Of a stretch of 64,000 nt of DNA, positions 1-13,100 are shown piece after piece. This stretch comes from Schmidtea nova (Eukaryota). The first letter of the stretch is position 1, and each line of letters opens with the position of its first letter. The stretch is from NCBI GenBank assembly GCA_044892505.1, contig CM097882.1, positions 303,738,001 through 303,802,000 on the forward strand, given 5' to 3'. Under the pieces are notes generated by a model, which had not been told where the DNA came from, did no database searches, and saw only the letters and a program-made list of their open reading frames with translations. The translations under genes were made by a program, and so were the position numbers.

Positions 1-648
1 TACCAGAGTCCCTTTTTACCCTAGAAAATTGTGGGAATTGAAAATTCTATTCAAAATAATTTCTATCTATTTTACTAGTTTACAAATTTACAAGTGTTTT
101 CATTTACCATAAAAATTACAGTTCAAAATTATCAGAGTCCTTTTTTGAAGGAGAAAAAATTTCGGAGCTCAAAATCATATACAAAAATACCAGACAAAAA
201 ATCCTATTCAAAATAACCAGACTAAAAATCCTAAAAAAAAACCAGACCAAAAATCCATGTATAAAAATCCCTGTACAAAAATCTAGTGGCCCTTTTTGCC
301 CGAGAAAAATCTCGGAGTAGAAAATCCTATTCAAAAGATTGATAAAAATTACCTTCATTTAAACAAAATTTTAAAATTAAATTTACTTCATTTAAACAAA
401 AAAAGGGGTGGATAAACTGTATAATTATTACGTAATATATACAGTTAAGGGATAAATGGCTTGGCCCAGTGTTCTCACTATCCTGTTGATCAACTCTCCA
501 TATTTTTTTTCAATACATTTGACTTTTACTCAACTTAATAAGTTACTTTAACAACTCAATCAAAAAATATAAATCATTTCAAAATAAAATGGAAAACGAA
601 AAATTAATATTTTTCAAAATGATACAATAATATTGGCCATTTATCCAA

Positions 649-1111
649 CTAAAGAAAATATCTGATCCAGGGCTGATTCTGACAGTGGCAATCTGAATTG
701 AGAATTGTAGCCCAAAAACTCACACTAATTATTTTTTTATCTAACACGGTTTGAAATAATAAAAATTTTACTGTGGAATTATTTGAAGGCAATTGGAAAG
801 ACGTTAAGATAGACTGAGCAGTGGGATTATTAGAAAGACTTTGGGCACTATCAAACAAATCTGGTGGATTTAGTTTTCTTAGCTGCTTTATTGACAAGAT
901 ATGACCTTGGGTTGTAAAAATATAATCTTCAACATTTTTGTTGATCATATTATTTTCGTCAAATAACTTAAAGATGTTTATCAATGAAATAAATTTAATA
1001 TATAATTTAATTACTAAATATAAATATTTACATGTTTCACTAAGAAAAAAGCTTTCCATTCGATCTTCTAAACTCATATTCAATACATCATGAACAGTCG
1101 CATAACCACAT
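649..1111 (-). CDS. EDEM1: EDEM1 exon 8 (1015-1111) and exon 9 (from 966); 3' end unresolved
   Basis: ttttag|A TGT GGT TAT completes VKCGYAT across the 28.5 kb intron; 48-nt in-frame intron 967-1014; [15 protein letters not shown]. Confidence 0.85.
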
Positions 1112-4100
1112 CTAAAACAAAACGAAATCAGCCGGATTTCTTCAATTTTACAATTATAATCAAAAGACTGCTCAAATTTTACAAAACTAAAAATAGGAAA
1201 ACAATTAACGATTTCAAAGAAAAGTGGCATTTGGTGATGTGTTGTAAGGCATTCATTTAATATAATAATGTTTTCTTTAAAAACAAAATCGATTAAAATT
1301 ATTTATTAACGATAACTTATTTTTTTTGTGATACAATAAAACATTTAACCAGAATATTTCATGACTCCATACTAACTATTAAAAAATAACTTTAATTTTA
1401 ATTTATAATAAAATTAATTAACTTAGTTTTAAGACAATCAATTGTAGTGCTTTCGTCATATATATATTTATTTATATTTTAAATAATTTTAAGATGTATA
1501 GCTTATATATAATTAAATTAAAAATATCTACATTTTATAAACAGTTGTTTGAATAACAAAGGAGACTTTCAGAATATGAATTTAAATAAATGCAAGCAGC
1601 ACTAGATAAAAGAAAATGCACGTTCAATTAGATTAAAAGAAGAAATGAACGTACAATTAAATAAAAAGAAAATGCACATTCAAGTAGATAAAAAGAAAAC
1701 GCAAGAGAAGATGGAGTTCAAACATGTTAATGAATTACAGCATCCAGCAACAATCTATTTTATGTTTAATAAAAATTTTTGGTTGTTAATCTTTATTTGT
1801 TTAGTCACGATAATCACCACAGACGAAAACTTAAAATAGTTTTAATTGTGTTTCAACGACGCGAAAACCTCAAAAAAAATCAAAACACGCATGAAATTTA
1901 TTTAAATTCTTACACAAACGCCTAAAAAACAAAATATTACCAAACAATAGCAAAATATCAAAATTAAGGACTTATGATATTAAAATGAAACACAAAATGC
2001 AAGAAGCTTAGTACGAATTTATATGTAAACTGCCATGCCAAAACGTTAAGAGAATGTAAAAGTTCAAGAAAATAAAATAAATATTAAAAAACAAAAAGTA
2101 AAATTTAATTTAGAAAATATCATAAAAGTACTATTTAAAAATATGAATTAGAATAAAGAAAATTAGTTTTAAAAATAAATTTCGAATTCCATAAATTAAA
2201 TGGAATTAGAAGAAATATAATAAAATTAGAAACTAATAAAATTATTAACAAAAAATGAAAAATTTAGGATTGAAAATAAATATTTAAAATGTATGACGTT
2301 GTTTCGGCTACGTTGGTGTGTTAGCTTAGATAGATAGCTTACTAACTATCTGATCATGTGTGTATTTTTAGGCTTCGCGTCTGTGTACACGCTTTTAATT
2401 TTAAGATTTATCGCGTTTGTGTTCGCGCCTTTTAGTTATTGGGATTTTTAAAAAATCATTAGAAAATTGGTGTATTTTAATTGTTGTTTTGTCGAATCAT
2501 TCTGATTTTGATTTGTTTTGATTAAAAATTGTGCTTTATGGAAAAATTAATTTTTAAAATGGAAATTGGTTATGAATTGTAGTGATTTTTAAAAAATATT
2601 AATAATATAACAGCTATCGGAATCTTGAAAGAGTTTAGTGATGTTAAATAATTAATGAATATTAAAACATTGTTTTAATATTACAATTTCGGCACTGTTT
2701 ATATAAAAATATATTTTATTTAATATTAAGATTTTTGAAGATATTGTAATTGGCGACAACACCGATGATATCGAGCTGATCCTCATGGTGACATGAAATC
2801 AGCATAGAAAGATGATTATGGAATCGTTGCATAAACACGCAAAAGACAATTAAAATTTTAATATCAGAAGATTCGACGGCCGAAGCACGATAGAAGTGAA
2901 GAAATGGCTCAAGAATTTTGAAGATTGAATGCTCATTAACGATCTAAATTTATTACATATTTTTGACATATTTTGTCTGAAGAGGCATCTATTCTCTGGA
3001 AAGAATATAAAGACATCTTCACAGCGAATGAAAAAGCTCGTGAATGGTTTAATGACATATGACTTATCATTAGCGAAACAAAATCACGATGAAAGATTCG
3101 TTACATTCGAGATACAAATGAAGAAACTCGTTGATGAGGTCTTAGACTATGGAATTTCAAAAGAAAATATTGCTGAACTGATTTTGTGCAAAAGAATTCG
3201 GAACGACCGTTTAAAAGAAAATATATATACGAAGGCTAACATCACAAGGGAAGAAATTAGAAATTTAGCAAAATATATGAAGCACGAGAAGGTTATGATG
3301 CAAAAGAACGATTTGAAGAAGTACAGGCAGTAGTTAAATCAACCTATACAAACGTTGCTCAAGATAAATAGAAGCAATTAGTAGGTAGTTGTGAGCGCAC
3401 TCTGACTCATCGAAAAGTCGGTCAAGGTCACAAAAACAAAGGAATTTCGTCGGGATTTTCAAATTTCACACACAAAAAGTACATGAAATCGTGGAAATCT
3501 GCATCAGACATACATAAAATTATTTTAAACAAAGAATATTTTTACGAAACCCCCTAGATAAAAACACAAAGAACTTTTTTAATTTTTCAGAAATTGATTA
3601 ATATAACACTTTTTGGAAAATTTTTCTAAGTCAAGATAAAGACATGTTATGCACAAATTTTTCTATATTAAAACAGATTTTTTATGCATTTATATTTCAT
3701 TTTTGATATGTTATTATTATTTTATAAATATTATTATTTTAATTTAAATGTGTGTTAGTCATGTATATGTATTGCACTTGTATTGCATTTCCATTGCATT
3801 GTTCATATATTTTTATTATTTTATAAATATTATTATTCGAAATTGTTGTGTGTATGTGTGTATTACTCATGCATTTGTATTACATTTTCGATATATTCTT
3901 ATTATTTTATTAAAATTATTATGTGAAATTGATGTGTGTGCGTGTTAGTCATGCATATGTATTGCATTTTAATTGCATTTTCTATATATAATTATTATTA
4001 TCATTTTCAATTATATATCATTTGTTATTAAAAAATATGTTCGAGTATGCAAGTTTGGCAGATAAAAACCATCGCAAACGCGGTTCTGCTACCAAAGGTT

Positions 4101-7100
4101 CTACTAAAAAGTTACTAAGATTCTGACACTATGATAAATATGAATACCATCAAACGAGACTGGACAGGAATACATGAAAAATTAATATACTATAGAAATC
4201 ATCACACACAAAAACCTTCTCTTTAGCATATTTTCTGATATCAGCAATAATGTTGGATCTGTTTGTAGTTCCGAATCAATTTGTGGAACTTCTTGTCTGC
4301 CATTTATGGATCTTGTTTCCAGCACAATTAGTGTGTCTTCATTTGCTGCTCTCAACTTCTTCTTTAATGCTTCTAACATCTTGTTCCATGGTATCCCAAT
4401 AATATTTCAATTTCAATCTTGACAATGTTTTTCAAGCTGATAAATGTCCTCCTGACCCATCGTCATGTTATATCAACAGTAATGCTTTTCGATGTTTTGT
4501 TGGAACAATAATTAACTAATTTTCATTTTTAACACATTTTAACAGACCGTCATGGATAATATATTTATGCTTTTTTCCACTATGTATTTCCAGTCGCTCT
4601 CTTTTTTGATTGTGACTGCATTATTCCGTAATTGATTCAATTCATCATCATTTTCTTGATCATTTTGCAATTCCTTCATATTATTTGCGGTTTCCACACG
4701 CATTAGAGATGTCGGTTTGAAAGTTAATCCTGAGAAATGCACGTTCTATAAATGTGTATTAAATTTCATTGGTCATGCAGTGAGTGAAAAGGGAATTCAA
4801 ACAAATAAAAGAAAGATTTCAGAAATTGAAAATACAACTAAACCGAAGAGTGTTACAGAATTGAGATCATTCTTAGGTTTAAAGAATTATTATCGGCGGT
4901 TTATCAATAATTCTTCAATAATAGTAGCACCTTTGTATGACGCAACGACAGGGAAGGATAAAATTATTGTTTGGGCTGAAGAATATAGAAAAAGGTTTAT
5001 CAATTTAAAAAATCTGTAAAGTGAAGCGCCAATAACTTATCAAAATAATATTAATAATAACTTATAAAATTTTAAATCTGTAAATATTTACAAAAGAACA
5101 ATCTGAAATTACACAAAAAATTAAAATTTATAATACTAAAGTTTATTAAATAACATTTATGCAAATCGTGCACTGTCAATTCTCTAAATTGGAGTTCTAA
5201 CATCTTTTTTATTCACTTTATAACCTTGAATGATTATATTAATGAACCAATGTTCATAATCCTTGTATTCGATTGATTGGAACGCATCATGGAAACGAGT
5301 TTTTCGGTCGCTGATGTAATTTGTTTTTTTACAAATTAAATTTTTATTGATTTTCAGTAACACTATTTAGTGCAACATTTTCTTTAGTTATATTTGCAGA
5401 TAAACTGTCATACAATGACTGCTAATTTCGCTGGATAAAAGGATCTAAACGAAATTTCCTCTACCAAGAACTAAATTTTAAAATCATAGTACATTTGAAC
5501 CGGTTTGACTTCAGTCCTAATTTCCCTTTTATTATCTTCTCTCCTGTTTTCTTCGCCCTTGTTAGGGCTGTTAAATATTTTATCATAAGTTGGGAAGTTG
5601 ATTTGTGTGATTGCATTTTAATAATAGTGATATTATCTTATAAATGTCTTTGTATTTAGTCACGAGCTTATGTCTTTGTCCAATGAGAATAACGCATATG
5701 CTATACATGTATGTCTTTGTTTAATGTGTCTTTTTCATATGTAACTGATGCATGTGTGTCTATCGATTTATTTATTTAGTTATTTACATCTTTTAACTAA
5801 TTAAGATCTTTATTTGTCATGTTTTTATTTATTTACTTATAAAAAATACTTTAAGTGATAATTAATTGTTTAACTAATTAAAGTTTTTATTTATCATGTC
5901 TTTATTTATTTAGTTATAAAAATTCCTATTAATTATATTTTATTTTTAAAAAATCTAATAAAATTATTTAAAACTTAATAAAAAACTCAAACTGAAAAAA
6001 CTAAAATAAGAATGATAAAAAAATTATTAAATGAAATTATAACACATAAAATGAAAAACATTTAATACAAGAAACTGATAAAATAAAAACATTGATTTTT
6101 CTTTATTGTTATTCTGAAAGCTCGGAATCAGCAATTTTCCAATGACATTCGACGCGATCGGGAGTTGATGAGATTCAAGAGGAGCCGGAAATTCAGGCTA
6201 TTGATTAGAATCTGAAGGAGCAGGACAATCGAGAAATTCATTGCATTCCTTATTTGAATTTTAATCAAGCCATTATTGGAAATACTCAGAAATCTACTTT
6301 AGTCAGTGAACACTGGATTGTTGTTTACGTAAAACCGGATCCAATATATGATTTTTGATTCATTTGGATATTATTATTATTTCAATTTATTAGTTAGTAA
6401 ATTGCAATCTTTGGGTAAACCGATTGTATATAATAGAACTTGGTATCAACATCCATTCCCGAATACTTGTGGTCAACAATGCCTTGCATGGTTAAAATCT
6501 ATGTTAAAAACAATTTAGATTAATAAATTTTATTATAAATAATAACTTGATATTTTATTGATATTTACAGTTATAATGATATTGGAGGAATAATTATTAA
6601 AGAATTATGTATTATTAATGTTAATAATATTTTTAAACCAAAGTATTATATAAACAATGATTCACCTTTCTGGGCAGGAATTGGAATACCTGATCGATTG
6701 GAATAGTATGAAGGACACTATTGCTTTTGCCTAACGTGTATTATGAATGATATTGAAGATACTAGCGCTATTTTCTATGTCAGTGATCTTGATAAACTGT
6801 TGGGCCTGGCAAATTAACTTAAAAACAACAGAATGTTGGGCCCGGCGAATCGCAAGCAATCTAAAATAGAAATAAAATAAATACAAAAAATTAATAAGAA
6901 AAACAATAAAATAACCAACAAAATACCAAAAATCCACCAAGAATCGATAACAAGCAATGGAGCCTAAAATGAATTAGCAACGAATTAGAATGACAATCAA
7001 AAACTTAATCACGCAGAAAGACATTGGAATGAGTCAAACAAAAACTGACAGTGAGTGGGCGGAACACTCGGATGATACACAATCTAAAATAAAACGATTA

Positions 7101-10100
7101 AATAAAAAAAGGTAATGCATCAATAAACATAAAACTCACCGAATTAACAGTGGAAGGACAGGCATTAAAATAAAATAACCAACAAAGTCACATACATACT
7201 GAATTCTGATTGGCTAGCCGTCAACAAAAATAAGTATATATACGGCAGCCAAACTCAGTAAGTTAATGTCATTTTTACTAGTGAACTGTCAGCTTACTTG
7301 TGACAACTGTAAATCAGAAGATCTGTGTAATAGCGAAATCGAATCGGAATAAAAGTTATGAAGTATTGTAATTTGTTTTATTGTAAACCCTCATGAGTAA
7401 AAATGTATAAGGTGTCCCGAAGGTCGTTAGATCTGCCGGGATTTTGGGCCTCTCAGTGCAACACCTTCGGGTGAGGGCTGATGCGGCGAGTAGTTTAATA
7501 AAATAAATTCGGGAAGGGAGCACATAACGGACGAGACGAAACTAATTATGCGACAAAAATGTAGATAGAGAAGAGACACATGAAAGATGAGACGACACAA
7601 ACCCCATGATAAAAACATTGACAGGAAGAGAGGTTTCAGGGGACACCGTAGTAAACACCCCAGTACTTAGCTATACAAATGGAGATACTTACAATCACAA
7701 GTAATTATCAAGGGAGGGAGCGATAAATCCCCTGAGTTAGAGCTATTAAACTAATAATAATCCCGACATGCTAGTGGAATGTTTCAGGTAGTTAGTGCAG
7801 AATTGAATGATGATAATGTATGATGACTAAACATAATCGATCGGTGCGATAATAAGCATCGCTAATGAATGATCTAAATTTGACGTAGGCCGCATCATAG
7901 TGACTGTTAGATTTTCGTGGGCCGATCTCATCACCACGGCGAGTGAGATAAATATAATGAATAAACCAGATAGTGAATTTGAGTATTTCTGCAGAATGAT
8001 GAAGCCGGTAAATTATGAAATTGTATTGATGGATGTTGAGAATGCCTGAACCCATGTACGTATGAGCAACGGGAGGATAATGTCGGTGAATGGAATGATG
8101 GGGGCTGCGCAATTATTACCATATGATTGATAACTATTTTCTCAGAAGATGTTACGGAGAGCAACCCGAATATATAATTGCCAACTAAATCAACCAAATG
8201 AAATGGAACCGAACGCAGCGACGAAAATTCCGAGAAAAATCCAAGCCACAGCGAAGCGCCACATGAGGGTGTGGAGGCGAAGCCACCTAAATCTCAACAA
8301 TATGCCGAAGGCTATCCAATACCATTGCCGGAAAAGATGGAAGGGTGACCCATCTTGGCCCTTGCCAAACCCAGACAACATTTCTAAGATTCCAAAATGG
8401 TTTATTCAGTTCGACGATGGGAGTGCTATGTCCCAATGGTTGCTAACGTTTATGGATATTCCAGGGCAGGTGATACGACAGATGGGCTATATCCTCTTAG
8501 AGCGCCCCAGATGCATCCGTACCGGCGAATTTCGTCCGTACACCAATTCTCCAGTAAATCAGGATATGGAGCAGGACCAATGGGCTCCGGGAACACGGTT
8601 GTGGGAAGTCTTTATCCATAACAACCAGTTATGTTAGATTCCGTTTTCGGAGTACTTCCAAGCGGACGGCACCGGAAAAGTGGATCGAGAATGCGATCAG
8701 GAATGGGCCGAAGTCTGATGAAACATCTACGGACATATGTGTGATATATGGTGTCAGCTAAAATAATTAAATAAATAAATGGTTGAGTTCATGAGTTTTG
8801 ATGGTGAAGCATGAATGTGGTGTGAAGGGATGAATGACTGGGGGAGAAATAAATAAGACGGCGGAATAATGAACAGAAAATTGAAGTCAAATAGAAGGTG
8901 TATGATGGTGGTGTGATGACCGAATTTGATAAAGACGAATAGTTGACCCCCTGTAATTCTAGATGGACGAGATTACAGAGGACCACTGTGAAAATCGTCA
9001 ATTGAGAAGGCGTATGAAAGCGCTGGAAAGCCATTTGAAGCGACAGGAATCAGAAATAAACCTATTACGAACAACCTAATTCCACCCCGAACGGTCTAAA
9101 GATATACAACAACATCGCTACCGGACAGAGAGAGCTCTAGAAGATCAGGTCAGAGAAACCGCCGCGGTCAGATTAGAACTGAATAACTATCTACGATTGT
9201 CGACCAAGGAATTTGTTGAGCAACAATTGCGGCCCCTGATACGTGCTAGTACTTTTAGCCGATGGGCAGTGTCAACATGCACCAACAATTAAACCCAAAC
9301 CGAGGGATGCTTCACTTCTACCACGAACATTCCAGTTGAAATTTCTAAACCTGAAGGGTCAGCACGCAAAGCGGAGGAATCGCTTAGGCGCGAAACGTCA
9401 CCGAGAGAGGAGGGCGTATGCCGAAAGACTCGAAATCGAGATCGATTTGCTGAGCGGACAAACAGAGAAACAGCTCCTCAATGTTATCAATCCGGATGTT
9501 TTGCTAAATTAAATGAATGTTTCAGTATTAACAGTGTTGTCTCGTGATTGAATATAGAATGTATGAAAATTTGGTGAATGATGTAATAAATAAGTATACA
9601 CAATTCATTTGAAGGGATCGGGGGAAAATGTTAAGGGAGCGAACCATAGACGTAATTAAACTCGTGATAAAAATGGGGACCGGAATAAAACCACACAGAC
9701 CTTCTATCGGTAATGGTGGACCCGAAGATAAATGAGGGAATAGTAGCCGCAAGGTTGCTCACCTGCCTTATCATTCTACAACGTTGATACAGTATCAAGA
9801 TGATGAGTAATTAGGGACACATCATGGGTATCAGCGGGGGAAGCGTGTTTATGTTGGCGAGATTACCCTAATATTAACATCAAATAAAATCTCAGTTCAA
9901 AGACCATACCAACAAACCAGCAAGAATAAGAAAAAGAAAATACATAAATTAACATATAAATCATCATAGAACAACCAATAATGCATAGAATTTGCGTAGT
10001 GAAACATAAATAAAAATTTTATTGTGCATAAAATAATCACTAAGACTTGACTACATCACGAGTAGGTGGGCCACTCAAATTTGACAACATCACCATAACC

Positions 10101-13100
10101 AAGCACAAAATATTCATGCTAAATACATAATAAATAGCATAAAATCAAATACAATCAAACCTACAGACAGTTAATGAGAACTACGCAAATCAAATGAAAA
10201 CTATTATCAGACGATAAGACGAATTCTGATTGACTGAAGATTACTATATAAGTAAGTACTAAATCAGTCTAAAAAAACACAACCACAACACCACAACAAA
10301 AACCAACACTAAGACCAAACGTAGCCTAACTAAAGTTATATCTGACATTGTACCAAGCTAATCATTTGAAGAAACATTTGTGTGAAGGATCAATTGGAAA
10401 TAAAGGTATACTATGAGACTTTTGTTGTTATTTTAAACCCTAATGTTTTCCTTTTTATGATGGTAAAATCAATAAGGACACGTCCTGGAGGTATCCGGAT
10501 TGACGGGCGGAATGGGCCTCTCAGCACATCATCCTATGGGCGGTGGCTGATGCGGCGTAGTGGAGCCAAATGAACAGGAGAGGAGGTGCACATAGAGCAT
10601 CACTGAAAAGAATGCACATATGACATTTTCGAGATCTAACGAGTCGAAATCAAAGGGAGGATTTGGTTCAGTCCCGAAAAAATTAAGGAGATACAACAGC
10701 ATCGATATTGAGCCGAAAGAGCGTTGGAAGAACAAGCTCGAGAGACAGCCGCCGTCAGGCTAGAGCTGAATAACTATTTAAGAGCGTCGGCTCGACATTT
10801 TATCGAAAGGCAGTTGAAGCCATTGATCAGAGAGAGTACGTTCGATCGATGGGCGACTCCCGTCGGCAAGAATATCGAAACGCAAACGGAAGAGGGATTT
10901 TTAACGACGAAAGAAAAGGAGGTATCGACTATGCAACCAACCCAGGTCTTAGCCATGAAAGCGAAAAAGAGAAACCGCCTAGGAGCAAAGCGGCGCAGAG
11001 AGAGAAGAGCTTACGCGGAAAGGCTCGGCTTAGAGGTAGACCTGCTTAGCGGGTTATCCGAAAGACAATTGATTAATGTTATCAATCCAACCGTATTTCT
11101 AGGGAAATAAAGGTATTTAGAGATGACTTGACTTGTTTTATTGTTTGATGTGGAATGAATGATGAAATGGAGATATAAATAACTGATAAAGAAATTACAC
11201 AATTCATTTAACCAGTCGCCGGAAAAGGATGATAAAAAAACCCTAGACATAATTAAACATAATGAGTAATGGTAATTGGGACCGTAAAAAATCCACACAG
11301 GCTTTCTATCAGCAGTGATGAACCCGTAGATAAACGAGAGAATAGTAACCGTCAAGGTTGCTCACCTGTCTCGTCATTCTACAACGCTAGATACATTACC
11401 AACTTGATAAGTAATTAGGGACAAGTCATGGGTATCAACGGGGTGAATTTTTTTATGTTGGTGAGATTTCCCTAATGATAACATCAATAAAAATCTCAGT
11501 TTAGACACCATACCAACAAACCAGCAAAACTACAAGTGTTGAAGAAATATTTCTCGAAATTGAGATTAATTAAATAGAATTTTAAAGAAATTGAAAATGT
11601 TTCAGATAATATATCGTGTCCATATAGAGACGATAGTATGTGTAGCTATAAAGGATGTGTGTGCGGTGTTATAGATTATTTAAATCAATTAATGTTTTAT
11701 GTGTTTTATTATTAATTAAAATTATTATTATTTGATAAATATTATCAAATTATTAGTCATCAAAGTCATGACATAGTAAATAAAGACACGAGGTCATGAA
11801 CTCACATCTATTTATCATGCTACATAACAACTATAGTGACATCATATACATAAACAATCATGAAGTATGTGTGTATACATTTCCCTATCTTATCTCGATT
11901 TTGATTGGATGATTAATAAAACTTAAAACATCAGCTTTATATAGTCTATACTTGTATTTTTAGTCACTTTTAATCACAAATTTTATTAAAACTATTTTGA
12001 ATCAAAAAAAACTATTACAATGAACAATATCGATTTAAATAAATCACGAAGAGTCGCCGGAGGAGTAAACATTAATTTTATTATTTTATTTTTATCTCGT
12101 TAGAAATTATTATAGCGAATAATATTGTTGCTAATAACAGTGTTGGAGGAAACAGTGGCTAATTGAATGGAGCAAAAATTATGGGTATATTTTATATTAT
12201 TTTTACTAAATATTATATTATTATATTTTTATTTTAAATTTATCATTATTATATTATTATATCCTTATTATTTTATTTTTAATTTCAAGTTATTATTAAT
12301 GTTATTATTATTATTAATTTAAATTAATTTTTTAAAAATTTTTTATACTTAGAAAATTTTGATGCTGATATTGATGCGTCCACTATGCAGAATGCCCCCA
12401 GTTTTTCGGATGCTCCGATTAACCTTTTGATTAGTAAGTTTTATTTTACAATGATACGTCTCTTTTCATCTAAAGAGCTATGAGCGACAAACCGATACTT
12501 ACTCATTTACTCTAAGGAGTGCAATTGGCAGAAAACGTACCGGTACGTTCATACTCTGAGAAGGGTAGTCAGCCGTGAACGTACGGGTACGTTCATACTA
12601 ATCAACGGGTTAAAGGATCGAAAAAATGTAAGTTTATGCTAATGTTTTTAAAAAAAATATCTAAAGTGTTTAATCAATTGTTTTTTAATTTTTATATTTA
12701 ATATACTTTTAATATTACTTATATTAGTTTTGTAATAGTAACAATATTATTTAATGATAGTTATATAAATTGTTGTTTAAATATTCAAAAAAGAAAGGTG
12801 TGTTTTAAAATAAATAATTAATCTTGCCATTTGTATTTTTGATAAATTTAAGAGGCATAACTGGCTTACCATGCCAAGAAATCAATGCCGTCACTAGACA
12901 GCAGACGACCAAAAGTATGTTGTAGTCATTAGCAAAGCAGGCTAGAGAAATATTAAATTTTAACGTGAGGAAGTTCGATGGAAAAGTTGGTTGTGAGGCC
13001 GAACTATGGCTAAAAGATATTTCAGAATGATTGAGGATAGAAGACCAGAATTTAGTAAATGCGTTTGATTTTTTACTGACAGAGGCAGCAGCTCTATTAT

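Larger units (their letters stand above)
6834..9922 (+). mobile_element. element A: 3089-bp ORF-bearing LTR-like unit nested 36 bp inside B
   Basis: TGTTGGGCCCGG start, CCAGCA end, TSD AGAA at 6830-6833 and 9923-9926. Confidence 0.92.
6798..11526 (+). mobile_element. element B: ~1.6 kb internally deleted member of the TG..CA ORF-bearing LTR-like family, containing nested element A
   Basis: TGTTGGGCC start, CCAGCA end, TSD AAAC at 6794-6797 and 11527-11530; net 1636 bp after removing A. Confidence 0.9.
6560..11670 (+). pseudogene. Polinton-like gene (DIYS..IKELCI, C-terminal Cys cluster) split by elements B and A; pieces 6560-6797 and 11531-11670
   Basis: removing 6798-11530 joins FYVSDLDK|[18 protein letters not shown]; resembles small exonuclease-like Polinton genes (recalled). 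Confidence 0.5.

Noticed and set aside
741-771. 31-nt GT-AG intron near the EDEM1 3' end
   Set aside because: Splicing it gives an immediate stop and it is shorter than the other introns; the 3' end is left unresolved.
7477-7488. CTGATGC in motif 1 as a hammerhead core
   Set aside because: It reads CUGAUGC (CCGAUGC/CGGAUGC in C and D), not CUGANGA, and no stem II plus GAAA follows.
9801-9830. ATGATGA in motif 2 as a C/D snoRNA box C
   Set aside because: No downstream CTGA box D; it lies in a stem and is altered in copy B.
9820-9872. TTAGGG/CCCTAA as telomeric repeat or telomerase RNA template
   Set aside because: Single hexamers that pair with each other and covary; no 1.5-repeat template or tandem array.
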